A DNA stretch of 63,200 nt, filler included, from Octopus bimaculoides (GCF_001194135.2; 3 parts of 3 records of this genome joined end to end with filler, not necessarily neighbours in it); one strand, 5' to 3'; counted from the first letter of the whole stretch, positions 50,119 through 61,790 are shown. The notes: generated by a model from the sequence alone, not told the origin. Numbers and translations are program-made.

Positions 50119-50838
50119 ACGGAAATATTGGTGAAGTGCATGGATGCATTTCAATAACTTATGCAACCCTGGCATTAGTTCATGGGCTTATAAAGAACAT
50201 CACTCACTATATATTAATGTTTATTATTTGGGGTGAGTTAATTCACTTAAATTGCTCCATATAATATAGCGAGCTTATGAGGAATGACTGTGTTACAGGT
50301 TTATGAATAAGCATGTATATGATAATGAGTCTGGAATGTAATAGAGTTGAAATAATGGAAGTGTCTGTGGATGTATCATCATATCGATTGTGGAGTTACT
50401 GCTACGATTTGAGAGAGGTTGGAGATGTAAGATATGTCCTATCGAGACATTAAAATGAAAAAAGAAAAGAGACATGGAGGAGAGAAAATGTAAGACTGTG
50501 ACTGGCAAATACACAATAGTTTTGTTTAAAGTTACTTACTAAGCTAGCAATATCTCATAAGTCTCTTCTCATTATTTTGAAACAAACGAATGGGAAAAAT
50601 CACACCTATCAATCTTTAATGAATATGTTATGAGTTCAGATTCTTGTGATATTTTCCAACTCATTATATAATGGCATTATACAATATATGTCCCCGTTTC
50701 CACAAGCGATTATATTCTTTGTTGTCCGATTATTATCCAGTATTGATGGGCATGATGTTTCAAGTCCCGATATATTACCACTGTAGGACTATATCACACA
50801 GAAACATATATGTATATGTATATGTATATGTGTGTGTG

Positions 50839-50918
<80 letters not shown>

Positions 50919-51737
50919 CACACACATTCGTATATATATANNNNNNNNNNNNNNNNNNNNNNNNNNNNNNNNNNNNNNNNNNNNNNNNNNNNNNNNNNNN
51001 NNNNNNNNNNNNNNNNNNNNNNNNNNNNNNNNNNNNNNNNNNNNNNNNNNNNNNNNNNNNNNNNNNNNNNNNNNNNNNNNNNNNNNNNNNNNNNNNNNNN
51101 NNNNNNNNNNNNNNNNNNNNNNNNNNNNNNNNNNNNNNNNNNNNNNNNNNNNNNNNNNNNNNNNNNNNNNNNNNNNNNNNNNNNNNNNNNNNNNNNNNNN
51201 NNNNNNNNNNNNNNNNNNNNNNNNNNNNNNNNNNNNNNNNNNNNNNNNNNNNNNNNNNNNNNNNNNNNNNNNNNNNNNNNNNNNNNNNNNNNNNNNNNNN
51301 NNNNNNNNNNNNNNNNNNNNNNNNNNNNNNNNNNNNNNNNNNNNNNNNNNNNNNNNNNNNNNNNNNNNNNNNNNNNNNNNNNNNNNNNNNNNNNNNNNNN
51401 NNNNNNNNNNNNNNNNNNNNNNNNNNNNNNNNNNNNNNNNNNNNNNNNNNNNNNNNNNNNNNNNNNNNNNNNNNNNNNNNNNNNNNNNNNNNNNNNNNNN
51501 NNNNNNNNNNNNNNNNNNNNNNNNNNNNNNNNNNNNNNNNNNNNNNNNNNNNNNNNNNNNNNNNNNNNNNNNNNNNNNNNNNNNNNNNNNNNNNNNNNNN
51601 NNNNNNNNNNNNNNNNNNNNNNNNNNNNNNNNNNNNNNNNNNNNNNNNNNNNNNNNNNNNNNNNNNNNNNNNNNNNNNNNNNNNNNNNNNNNNNNNNNNN
51701 NNNNNNNNNNNNNNNATATATATATATATATATAAAG

Positions 51738-51779
<42 letters not shown>

Positions 51780-51809
51780 ATGTATATATGACTTTGTGAA
51801 TTTATATCA

Positions 51810-51841
<32 letters not shown>

Positions 51842-51950
51842 ATGCTTAAACACACAGAGACCTCTTAAATATTTGTGAATGTGTGTGTATGTTCCCATGC
51901 ATAATAGAGTATATCTATGTATATCTATGCATAAGTATAGAAAGCGTTAC

Positions 51951-52021
51951 TGTTTGCGAAGTAGGAAGATTGTATACACGGATGACAACTTGAACACCAT
52001 CAATGTCGATAGAAGCCGTAT
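51951..52021 (-). CDS. Candidate internal exon (71 nt): YTASIDIDGVQVVIRVYNLPTSQT
   Basis: TACTAAC branch-like motif at 52083-52077, pyrimidine tract, ...TTCTTTAG acceptor, ACA|GTAACG donor. Peptide resembles the Rho-type NY.A.I.VDG.QV.L.LWD segment or a WD40 ASxxxDG..IRVW.L.T repeat. Confidence 0.35.
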
Positions 52022-52528
52022 CTAAAGAACTGGTGAAATTCCAGCCAGAAGAGAAAAGATCGTAAGTATTGTAAATGTTAGTAATTGGTTTGGCATTAAA
52101 AATGTGGCCGGCATTTTATTTCTATTGATGGAAATATCCAACAGGGAACTGTATCAAAGATACTTTGCCTTAGCTTTTATAACAGCCTATTTCGCCTATA
52201 ACACATCAGAACCATAATTCATACAATAGTATTTCATTGCATGTATTTACACAATGTTGCATCCCTCTCTCTTCCTCTCTTCCCCTCCCTCCTTCTCTCC
52301 CCCCTCTCTCTCTCCCGATTTTGCTGTCTCTTTCTGTCTCTCTATCTTTTATCTATATACTTTTTTTGTTATTATTGTCTATTATTTTTCTTTTGGTTTC
52401 TCTTCGTTTTTGTATTCTGTGTATCGACATAAATATTGATATTTGGCACTGAATGGCAGTAGTATCTCTTAGATCGGACTTTTGTACACATTATCTGTCC
52501 GTTTTCGATGGCAACTATGATTTATTAC

Positions 52529-52598
52529 AGTTGTAAAGAATTGCAGCAGAGAAATACTCCGTCGTCCACAGGGACCGGACAACCTCCGTCGTATGCGC
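52529..52598 (-). CDS. Candidate internal exon (70 nt; alternative acceptor gives 77 nt): AHTTEVVRSLWTTEYFSAAILYN
   Basis: Strong acceptor CCTTTGCCTCTTATTTCTCAGCTTTCAG, donor ACT|GTAATA, CpG-rich relative to flanks; phase 1 end joins the 52021 exon in frame. All three minus frames are open, so the frame is ambiguous. Confidence 0.3.
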
Positions 52599-53272
52599 CT
52601 GAAAGCTGAGAAATAAGAGGCAAAGGATTAAGTTGCATGCCTGCACATACGTCATGTGTGGCTAGACAACCAGAGCTGTTTACCAATTCCTCGATAGCAT
52701 GCAACAATCACGTGGCCTACGTTCGATTGACAACACAGCTCTGGACAATACGATGCTATTAACGCAACATGTAGTAGGCTTCATTTTTAGTGATATATAT
52801 ATGTATGTATATATATNNNNNNNNNNNNNNNNNNNNNNNNNNNNNNNNNNNNNNNNNNNNNNNNNNNNNNNNNNNNNNNNNNNNNNNNNNNNNNNNNNNN
52901 NNNNNNNNNNNNNNNNNNNNNNNNNNNNNNNNNNNNNNNNNNNNNNNNNNNNNNNNNNNNNNNNNNNNNNNNNNNNNNNNNNNNNNNNNNNNNNNNNNNN
53001 NNNNNNNNNNNNNNNNNNNNNNNNNNNNNNNNNNNNNNNNNNNNNNNNNNNNNNNNNNNNNNNNNNNNNNNNNNNNNNNNNNNNNNNNNNNNNTATACAC
53101 ATATATATATATACACACACATATATATATATATATATACATATATATATACACATGCATATTCATATGAAGGTGCATATGTGCATGTGTGTATATGTAG
53201 ATGTATATATATATATATATATACATAAATGTCCATTTATACTCGCGTTCACTCACAAACTTACAGAGACAC

Positions 53273-53309
<37 letters not shown>

Positions 53310-53609
53310 CCTTATTTTAGTGTTTGTTTTTTGTAAGTGAAATAAAAACAATTTTATATTGAACGATTACTCGTTATTTTTTGTTGAGTACATATTTATT
53401 GCTCTTTTACGAGTATTAACAGAAATTTGGAAGAATCGGCCAGCTAAGTTATAATCGGATACAGTCTGATGATGACCTAATATGTCGAAATCTCGAACTC
53501 ACAGTCAATACTATGCTTGCGCTAATGAATTGTTATATATGCATGTATGTATGCATGTATATATGCACACATTTATATACATATATATGTATATATCTAT
53601 GTATATATA

Positions 53610-54862
53610 CAGACTATGATCAGTAAATAGTCGCCATATTATATTTTTTTATTTCGCGCAAGCGCATTGTTTGTTTTTGATTTTGTTGACTATACAGTGT
53701 AGTAGGGTCAGTTGGGTACAGCACCATGAACGCAATTCACTCTGCCAGAAATTTGCAAACGACATACTGTACTGCATGGCATTCGCGCCGGAGGCACCAA
53801 TACGAACATTTCAGAGTGTTTGGGTGTCAATCTGAGGACAGTGCAAAGGATGAGTCAAATGGTAATTACGAAGGTACGGCAGCTCGAAAGACTTACTCTG
53901 ATCGTTCTGATAAGAAAAGAACTCCTGAATTTGTTGGTGAAATCCAGGCCATGAGTGACAACAATCCCTTCAGGTCAATCAGGTCCATCGGTAGGGGAAT
54001 AGGAGTGTCTGAGTTTCTTATCTGGCAAGTAGTGTATGAAGACATTCGGTATTCCTCAAACAAGATGAGAGAGGGACAATTTCTATCCCAAGCCATCAAG
54101 GATTAGAGGAAAGACCGCGCTACGAAGCTTTTCAACAAACTCAAGCATCCCCTCCAACTGAGCATGCTTTGGTTTTTCTCAGATGTGAAAAGTTTCTCTC
54201 AGGATCAGCTGGTGAACACACAGAACTACTACTGGCTTAAAGTGTCTCCAAAACATGTATCGAAAGTGATAAAAATCATACATCATGGTGTTTGGAGTGA
54301 TCATTAGTGATGGCGACGTTATGCCACAATTCATCTTCCCATACGTCCTCAGACACAACACGGAAGCCTACATCAAGTGCCTGGAGGAGCTGGTACTGTC
54401 CTGGGTCAAGATGTTGGCTGCTGGAAGACCCTATTTCTAGAAACAGGACTCTGTACCATGCCACACAAGCAGGAGAACCCAGCCATGGCTGTCAGACAAT
54501 TTCTGCGACGATACCACTATAACATCTGACCACCTAACTCCCCAGACTGCAACCCCTTTGATTATTATGTGTGGTGTGCAGTTAAGCGAGAGACCAACAA
54601 AACTCCCTGTAACACCAAAGATGAACAGATGGCAAGGTTTATGGCAGCATTCAACTTAAACAAGGAGAACGTCCAGAAGAGTTGTATGAGATTCTGATGT
54701 CATCTGGAGACTGTGGTTGAAGCCAGTGGCGATTTTATTGAATACATTTACTCTTTAGTATTTCAAAATATTTATAAGTAATTTTGGTAAATATATCTGT
54801 TTAAATGAGATGTCAGTGTTATTTTCATTTTTACGCAATTCAGACGACAATTTATTCATTGC

Positions 54863-54868
<6 letters not shown>
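53610..54868 (+). mobile_element. Near full-length DD37D (maT-like) DNA transposon (about 1260 bp)
   Basis: Diverged TIRs (CAGACTATGATCAGTAAATAGTCGCC vs reverse-complement TAGGGTGCAATGAATAAATTGTCGTC); both ends sit in TA/(TA)n. Confidence 0.8.
53726..54745 (+). pseudogene. DD37D transposase pseudogene
   Basis: WFFSDVKSF...IMVFGVIISDGDVMP...KQDSVPCHTSRRTQPWLSDNFCD...(W)PPNSPDCNPFDYYVW...VVEASGDFIE. Restoring a single 1-nt deletion gives 37 residues between the second and third D. Confidence 0.85.
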
Positions 54869-54916
<48 letters not shown>

Positions 54917-54917
<1 letters not shown>

Positions 54918-55203
54918 CGAGGGCGCATGGCTTATTTGTTAGGGTGTTGCTCTAGCGATCGTGATTTTTGGTAGACCGTGTGGTGCATTGTGTTCTCGAG
55001 TAAAATACTTCGACTTCCGTTGCTCTGCGATCCCTTGAACACCTGACGCGTGGTACACATTGCACCTCTTCAAACACCGTCGATTTGATGGAGTGAGTGA
55101 GCTAATGTGTGGTATGAACATTTGATCACTATAAACAAACGATTTATGCCGATCGTTTGGTAAAAACCGAATGCTCATACGTTGTCTTCGACGGGCAAGT
55201 CTA
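54917..55203 (+). mobile_element. SINE type G (tRNA head + CORE-like middle + distinct tail)
   Basis: GAGGGCGCATGGCTTATTTGTTAGGGTGTTG...TTGTGTTCTCGAGTAAAATACTT...CGTTGCTCTGCG...GATCACTATAAACAAA...GTCTTCGACGGG. Confidence 0.65.
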
Positions 55204-55251
<48 letters not shown>

Positions 55252-55393
55252 CTGAACTACGAAATAAGCAGTATATTGCTGCCCTGTGATGTATTGGTAA
55301 ATACATGCGCAAATGCATCTACATTATGATGAATTGACGCCATACGTATCTATTAACTTTCGACAAAATGTGAAATAATTATGTTTCTGTAAG

Positions 55394-55538
55394 TGGATCT
55401 CGAAGCAAATAAACCTATAAATAATAGGTTAACAATTTATGAAGTTTCGAGAAAATGAAGTAATTCTTTTTGGAACAGTAGCTCTTAAAGTACATAAATC
55501 ATTTTTTTTAAAAATAGCTTTATGTGCTTCGAGATCCA
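55394..55538. repeat. 25-bp inverted repeat (23/25) with 95-bp spacer, MITE-like
   Basis: TGGATCTCGAAGCAAATAAACCTAT vs ATAGCTTTATGTGCTTCGAGATCCA; no TSD seen. Confidence 0.7.
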
Positions 55539-55758
55539 ATTTTCTAAAAAGAAATGCTTTAACGCTCTCTCTAACGTTTATAAATTATTATAACGTCAAC
55601 AACACATAATTATCGCTGGTACGAATCAAGTTTCTTAAATGGGTAGAAAAAGATTGCTTTGGTCTAATTACAATTTTATTCTTCTCGTTCCTGAGTCCTG
55701 GCTGTTTTGTTCGTGTGCTACGCCAAGGCAAGTAATAACTTGAATGACGAAAGATATA

Positions 55759-55760
<2 letters not shown>

Positions 55761-55836
<76 letters not shown>
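55761..55836. repeat. (AG)n microsatellite
   Basis: Direct reading. Confidence 0.95.
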
Positions 55837-55839
<3 letters not shown>

Positions 55840-57018
55840 GGAGACCAAGGTGTAATGGAAATAGAGCACTCAGTGAAAAATCGAAAGAGAAAACACGAGG
55901 AAAAGAGAGAGAGGACAGAAAACAAAGGGAGAAAGAGGGAGAAGATCTATATCTTTCTGCATTTGCGTGTTCAAATCGTATGCATACTCGAAATATCTAA
56001 TGCAATGACACAATCTCATGAGAATCTATAAATTTAAAAAGTATGTCGATAGATAAATTACAGTGAAATAACCTTGGTTAGCAAAAAGGTATACATGTTA
56101 GACTTTCATCGTTTACGTGTTCTAGACCAAAAGTCGTGGTCATACTGCAACACCGCCATAAGCTTTGTTGTTGTCAATTTCAAATGCTAATCAGTATTGT
56201 GAAAGTAGGCAGATATTTCAGTTGACAGAAGGGCAAGTAGATATTCAAATATGCTGACTTACACTGTGTTATTTCCAGTGGTCCCGCTTGTCATTATAAC
56301 TGTGTGTACGCCTGTACATGCGTATGTATGTGTGTGTCTATGTGTGGTGTGTGTGTGTGTGTGTGTGTGTGAAAANNNNNNNNNNGCAATTCAAACATTA
56401 TATATTAAAGACAGGACAGTATTTATATTTAACCACTTTTTACGAATTTATTTTTCAAAATTTACTTATTTATTCCTTTAAAGTTTACTCTAGATTAATT
56501 TTCCAAAGGCCATTATCATTTTCAGGTTTTCTCGTTCTCATGAACTGAAAAGAATTTGGATGTTAGTGGCTCTTTTACACCAGAATAACACTTTCCTGCC
56601 AAAACATACTCAAAAACTTATAGACAACCAATGTTATCTGAAATATATAAATTTCAATGTAAGCTTAAAAGTCGAAAACTTAGTACCTCAAACATTTACA
56701 TCAGGCAAAAAATGTAACCCCTTTATAATCGCTTGAGAATGCATATTCAGTAAGTGTCTGTTGCACCCCATTACAAAACAGAACTGGAAACAAACTTAGA
56801 TGAAAGAAAAAGAGCATAAGGTTGTAGGTACAATACCTGTACCGGGCAGCGTGTTGTGTTCTTGAGAATAGCATTTCGTTTCATGTTCTTCCAGTCTTAT
56901 ACCTGCTCGCGACTATGTAGGTACCTATAACAATTAGCGAAAGCATGGTATATATATCATCCAGTCATACTCCTCGCAGGTGAAGGCTAGCTCTTTATAC
57001 TGATATGTAGATGTGCAT

Positions 57019-57061
<43 letters not shown>

Positions 57062-57271
57062 CGAGGAGGATGAAAAGTTCTTGACTTTAAGAGTGTCGTG
57101 AAAAGCCTGGCTAGAGGTCCAGCCTTCCAAGTTTTTTTACAGGGCTTAGAAATACTGAAGCACCGCTGTAATAAGTGTATGAATCTGAGAAGAGAATATG
57201 TTGAATAAAATCATAAGTAATTGATCCTCCAGTATTTTACTCAAAACCAGGAACTGTTCAGCTCCCTCTCG
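57062..57271 (+). mobile_element. Non-autonomous mariner deletion derivative (210 bp)
   Basis: TA-CGAGGAGGATGAAAAGTTCTTGACTTT ... AAAACCAGGAACTGTTCAGCTCCCTCTCG-TA. Retains a transposase-like C-terminus LQGLEILKHRCNKCMNLRREYVE*. Confidence 0.8.
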
Positions 57272-57904
57272 TATACACACACGCACATATCCCTGTCCCT
57301 TTTTGTCCTTCCAGTTAGCAATAATTGGAGCTCTCCAAGACCAAAACACTACTGAAACTTCTCCATTCTTCTTTAATTCTTAGTAATTACCACGAAATGA
57401 AACTCACATACTGTCAAATACTGACTGGCACTCTCTCCTCTCCTCACTCTCATTTTTATGAAAAAATAACTGGAAGTTAATCTCTCTCTCTCAATCAACA
57501 CAATCTGAAACCCCTCTCATCTTTCGTACACTGCTCTAATCAAAATTTCCATACACTTAAACAACAATTTTTACCATCCAGGTTGAACATCTGTTGCATG
57601 TATTTCAGCTAACATATTTTCGAACCCTCAATTTAATATAAAACAATACCAGGCTCTGTTGATAGAATACTGGTACTCAATTTAATTAATACGACTTCAG
57701 ATGGCTCAAAAGTAAAGCTGATCGCGTCAAAATGTTGATTGACGGAACAAACATGTTATTTCTTTATATCATGCACTAATGAGATGAACACAACTGGCAG
57801 TTTGGCTACAGCGATCTGGGACATCCATGAATCGCTGAGTAATCATAAGACACAACATTGAAGAGGAATGCAATTGGTGGTTTATATATACTTTTCGGGA
57901 AGGG

Positions 57905-58088
57905 TTTGAGCTGCCAAAATCGTTACCACGCCAGACAAAATGCTTAAGCTGGCTTTACACTCTGAGTGAAAATTTTGCCGAAGTCGACCCAGCCTTTCAT
58001 TTTTTCGGAACCAATAGAGCAATGGGGTCGGTGTAATGGACTAGTCCCCCACAGCAGAATTTTAGGCCTGGTGCCTGTTGTAGAAATA
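57905..58088 (+). mobile_element. Diverged SINE type B
   Basis: GAGCTGCCAAAATCGTTACCACGCCAGACAAAATGCTTAAG...GCCGAAGTCGACCCAGCCTTTCAT...GGCCTGGTGCCTGTTGTAGAAA. Confidence 0.65.
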
Positions 58089-58976
58089 CTTATAGAAGTA
58101 ACGAAACAAAACAAAAAAAAATATAAATAAAATAAAACTGCGACCTTGAATCAAACCTGTCTCTGAAACTCTATTCACTAAGTGTTTAACATTCATTCGC
58201 TACACAGGTAAGGACACGGCTCCTCCGTTAAAAAGGTACGGACACGGCTCTTCCATTCTTGTAGAAGTAATACTTGCGTTAACATATATACGCTTACTGG
58301 CCTAAAGAGTTGCGTAGACAAGTATACAGACATATGCAAGCACACAGACACAAACATACTATATCTAAATGTGTGTATGTGTGTAGAGCTGGGTGGGTGT
58401 ATTCGTGCGTGTGCAAGTTAGTGCGTGTGCAAGTTAGTGCGTGTGTGTAACGCGTGCCTGAAAATCGATATAATTCTGTATCGGGAGACTGTAGAAAGTC
58501 AACAGGCCAACGGTGTAATTTGCAACTCAACAACTCTGAACACTGAATTATTGAACAGTAATTAAAAGTTAAATTAAGAACTATATAAATCAATCTATAA
58601 ATCAATATCTGCTCTATAAATCACAATAAAGTACAGAAATCAATAAATGCAAACAGCATTAACGTAGCTGTCAAACTTCATTTCCTATCCACTAAATCAA
58701 TCATTTCTTCCTGTATTGATTCGTCAAACATATTAATGAACTGATAAACGAAATTATTGAAAATTAAAGGTGAAAATATAACCAGCTTTGTACAAAGCGA
58801 GACAGCACCGAACGTATGTTTTTATACGACGACAAGCCTGAGAAATTAAAATATGAAAATATTGACTTTTGCCTTAGACGTACATCTTCGTTGTTGCTTT
58901 GCCCTTGAATGGTTCTTATAAGAAAGAGATGGTTCCTAACTAACAATAAATATCCATCATTGATAGTTAAACATGG

Positions 58977-59127
58977 TCACAGGCGTAGCTCTGTGGTAAG
59001 AAGATTACAATCGAATCATAGTTCCAGGTTTACTGCGCTGCATCTTGCACAAGAGTTTTCTGCTGTAGCGTCCGACCGGCCAATACCTTGTGACTGGATT
59101 TGGTAGACGGAAAGTGAAAGGACCCGT
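58977..59127 (+). mobile_element. Diverged SINE type A head
   Basis: AGGCGTAGCTCTGTGGTAAGAAG...CCTTGTGACTGGATTTGGTAGACGGAAAGTGAAAGGACCCGT. Confidence 0.7.
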
Positions 59128-59234
59128 GGGCATATGGCGTAGTGGTTAAGAGCACGGGCTACTGACCCCAAAATTCCGAGTTCAATTCCGGTCTACTGGC
59201 CCCAAGATTCCGAGTTCGATTCCGGGCATTGACT

Positions 59235-59237
<3 letters not shown>
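59128..59237 (+). mobile_element. tRNA-like SINE head (type F) with 34-bp tandem duplication of the B-box arm
   Basis: GGGCATATGGCGTAGTGGTTAAGAGCACGGG (A box), then CTACTGACCCCAAAATTCCGAGTTCAATTCCGGT (59159-59192) and CTACTGGCCCCAAGATTCCGAGTTCGATTCCGGG (59193-59226). Confidence 0.8.

Positions 59238-59308
<71 letters not shown>
59238..59308. repeat. (TAA)n microsatellite
   Basis: Direct reading; about 24 units. Confidence 0.97.
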
Positions 59309-59312
<4 letters not shown>

Positions 59313-59743
59313 CTGACAGAAAGATAGATGCAAATATGCCAGACATTATACTGAAAGACCTCAGACAAAAATCATGCCTCCTCATTGATATGACTGTCCC
59401 AATCGATATAAACGTATCTGTCAAGACCTACCAAAAACTGAGCAAATATAAAGATCTTGAAATAGAAATTAGCAAAATGTGGAACCTGAAGACTAAAACA
59501 ATACCTATTGTCATAGGTGCCCTGGGAATGACAGCGAATCGGGCTGATTACTACCTAGCTCAGATACCAGGAAACCCCAAAATGGCTGAAGTTCAAAAGA
59601 TAGTGCTCATGGGAACTGCCCATATCCTACATAAAATACTGTCTATGTGATCTCAAATTCTAAAACAAACATAATTTTCTTATGGTTTCTTAAACATTCT
59701 CTAGTACAAATCCAAATGTACAAATCCAAATCTATGGTACCCT
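59309..59743 (+). mobile_element. R4/Dong-clade LINE 3' end with restriction-like endonuclease domain, 5'-truncated
   Basis: Uninterrupted KTDRKIDANMPDIILKDLRQKSCLLIDMTVPIDINVSVKTYQKLSKYKDLEIEISKMWNLKTKTIPIVIGALG...ILHKILSM* (stop at 59650) carries the PD...D..P...K..KY RLE motif; 3' UTR is cut by a contig join. Confidence 0.88.
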
Positions 59744-59843
59744 NNNNNNNNNNNNNNNNNNNNNNNNNNNNNNNNNNNNNNNNNNNNTTAATTAATTAAN
59801 NNNNNNNNNNNNNNNNNNNNNNNNNNNNNNNNNNNNNNNNNNN
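59744..59843. other. Artificial contig-join spacer N44-TTAATTAATTAA-N44
   Basis: Same 100-nt construct as 31372-31471. Confidence 0.9.
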
Positions 59844-59852
59844 ATACATACA

Positions 59853-59888
<36 letters not shown>

Positions 59889-60290
59889 GTATAGAAGCAA
59901 TATATGGGAACAATATATCAATATATATCATAATATATTGAGACAATAATAAATGATGGCCACCTTCAAGATATGAGAGAAAAATTATGGCTTGTGAAAT
60001 ATTTCCAATTTTACTTCACCGTGTATGCAAGAACGTCTGATATTTTGATGGAAGTATTCTCATTTGCTTTACCCTACATTTATTGCAATCCCTTTTTTCC
60101 TCTGACGCTTTCGGGTGGTAATGGGGTAGTACTTCGTTTAATTCTATTCTATGATCCTGGCGATAGATTATTTTGTAGAGACTGGAATAGAATATTGCAA
60201 ATGAATTCATTCTAATGGCGTTCGACTTACATTGGAACACGATATCCCAGACAATACTGCCTCGTTGTATATGTCTATATAAATATGCAT

Positions 60291-60326
<36 letters not shown>

Positions 60327-60787
60327 CATGGACGCTCCTACATATATATGCATGCAGGCACATATATATTTGTACGTGTTTAAGTATGTATGTATGTATG
60401 CAAGTATATACATGTAAGTATATATATATATATATATATATATGCACAGATTCACATATAGACATAGATTCATTCATAGATACATGTGTTTATATACACT
60501 TATATGTGCGTGTGTATATTTATATACATATCGACTTTTATATAACTTACACATACACTTACGCAACATACATACAGATATATTGTTAATGTATACATTA
60601 TATTTATGCATTTATACACGAAATCCAAGCGTTAAATACACACACATCACACACACATATATATATATGCATATATATACATACAGGCATATACAAATAT
60701 ATACATATATGTAAGTGTATATATACATATATATATGTATATCTATGTATGTATGTATGCATATATATATATATGAATATATATATG

Positions 60788-60818
<31 letters not shown>

Positions 60819-60977
60819 ATATATGTATATATATATATATTTATGTATATATATATATATAAACACACACACACAAAGAAAACGAATGACTGAGAGGAGA
60901 GACAGTGAGAGAGAGAGAGAAAGATATCTATATATATCTACATATAATATACATGTGTGTGTAATTATATGTATGTG

Positions 60978-61020
<43 letters not shown>

Positions 61021-61385
61021 GTGTGTCAATGTGGAAATGCATACATACTTGAACACAGAAAATGTAGAAACAAACGTAAACAAAAGCGTTGTGAATTGCA
61101 TTTAAGTCCTCCGTCCCCATCAATAAATAAACATCCTACACAGCATAGCTTTTGTATACGCTATTAAATAGATTTAATACAAGAAATTGCTTATATCGAA
61201 ATGCTGCAGACAAGAGTGGTGAGGGCTGTTAAATAATAAGAAATTACGTATATGGAATACGACTGAATGTGTACGTTGAAGGAGGACACATGTGCAGACA
61301 GCCGACCAGAAACACATATAGACAGAATTGCAGGTAGACGGATACACTCTAGACGCACGCTCATATACAGTCACATACTCACACA

Positions 61386-61503
<118 letters not shown>

Positions 61504-61527
61504 TATGTGTTTGATTAAAAAAATTGG

Positions 61528-61790
61528 CATTCCGTCGGTTACAACGACGGGGTTTCCAGTTGATCCGGTCAACGGAACAGCCTGCTGGCGAAATTAACGT
61601 GCAAGTGGCTGAGCACTCCACAGACACGTATATCCTTAATATAGTTATCAGGGAGATTCATAGTGTGACACAGAATGTGACAAGGCTGGCCCTTTAAAAT
61701 ACAGTTACTCCTCATTTTTGTTAGTTGAGTGGACGGGAGCAATGTGAAATAAAATGTCTTGCTCAAGGTATTGAACTCACGAATACACGA
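61528..61790 (-). mobile_element. SINE type D (CORE-like middle + type C tail), head truncated
   Basis: Minus strand GAGTTCAATACCTTGAGCAAGACATTTTATTTCACATTGCTCCCGTCCACTCAAC...GTGTCTGTGGAGTGCTCAGCCACTTGCACGTTAATTTC...GTCGTTGTAACCGACGGAATGCC. Confidence 0.8.

Noticed and set aside
50120-50240. Plus-strand TM-like segment ATLALVHGLIKNITHYILMFIIW with a GTGAGT donor
   Set aside because: No usable pyrimidine-rich acceptor upstream; the frame runs back into microsatellite and N.
50700-50775. Minus-strand VIYRDLKHHAHQYWIIIG (kinase YRDLK-like, also vaguely Rho HH..PII.VG-like)
   Set aside because: Bounded by stops within about 27 codons, no PEN after YRDLK and no donor; likely chance.
52004-52609. 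Plus-strand two-exon micro-ORF MSIEAVSKELVKFQPEEKRS/CKELQQRNTPSSTGTGQPPSYAPES* with a PPSY motif
   Set aside because: GT-AG and phase fit, but it is only about 45 aa with no homology cue; the minus-strand reading has stronger acceptors and a branch point. Not excluded; RNA-seq strand would decide.
58206-58254. 28-bp-period duplication AGGTA(A/C)GGACACGGCTC(C/T)TCC with a donor-like site
   Set aside because: Two-copy local slippage; no linked exon found.
58780-60272. Stitched minus-strand exons giving DIYNEAVLSGISCSNACRRIKTYVRCC (C-x3-C-x8-C, CHH/ITP-like spacing)
   Set aside because: Needs hand-picked splice sites across a synthetic contig join; the other conserved cysteines and a signal peptide are missing.
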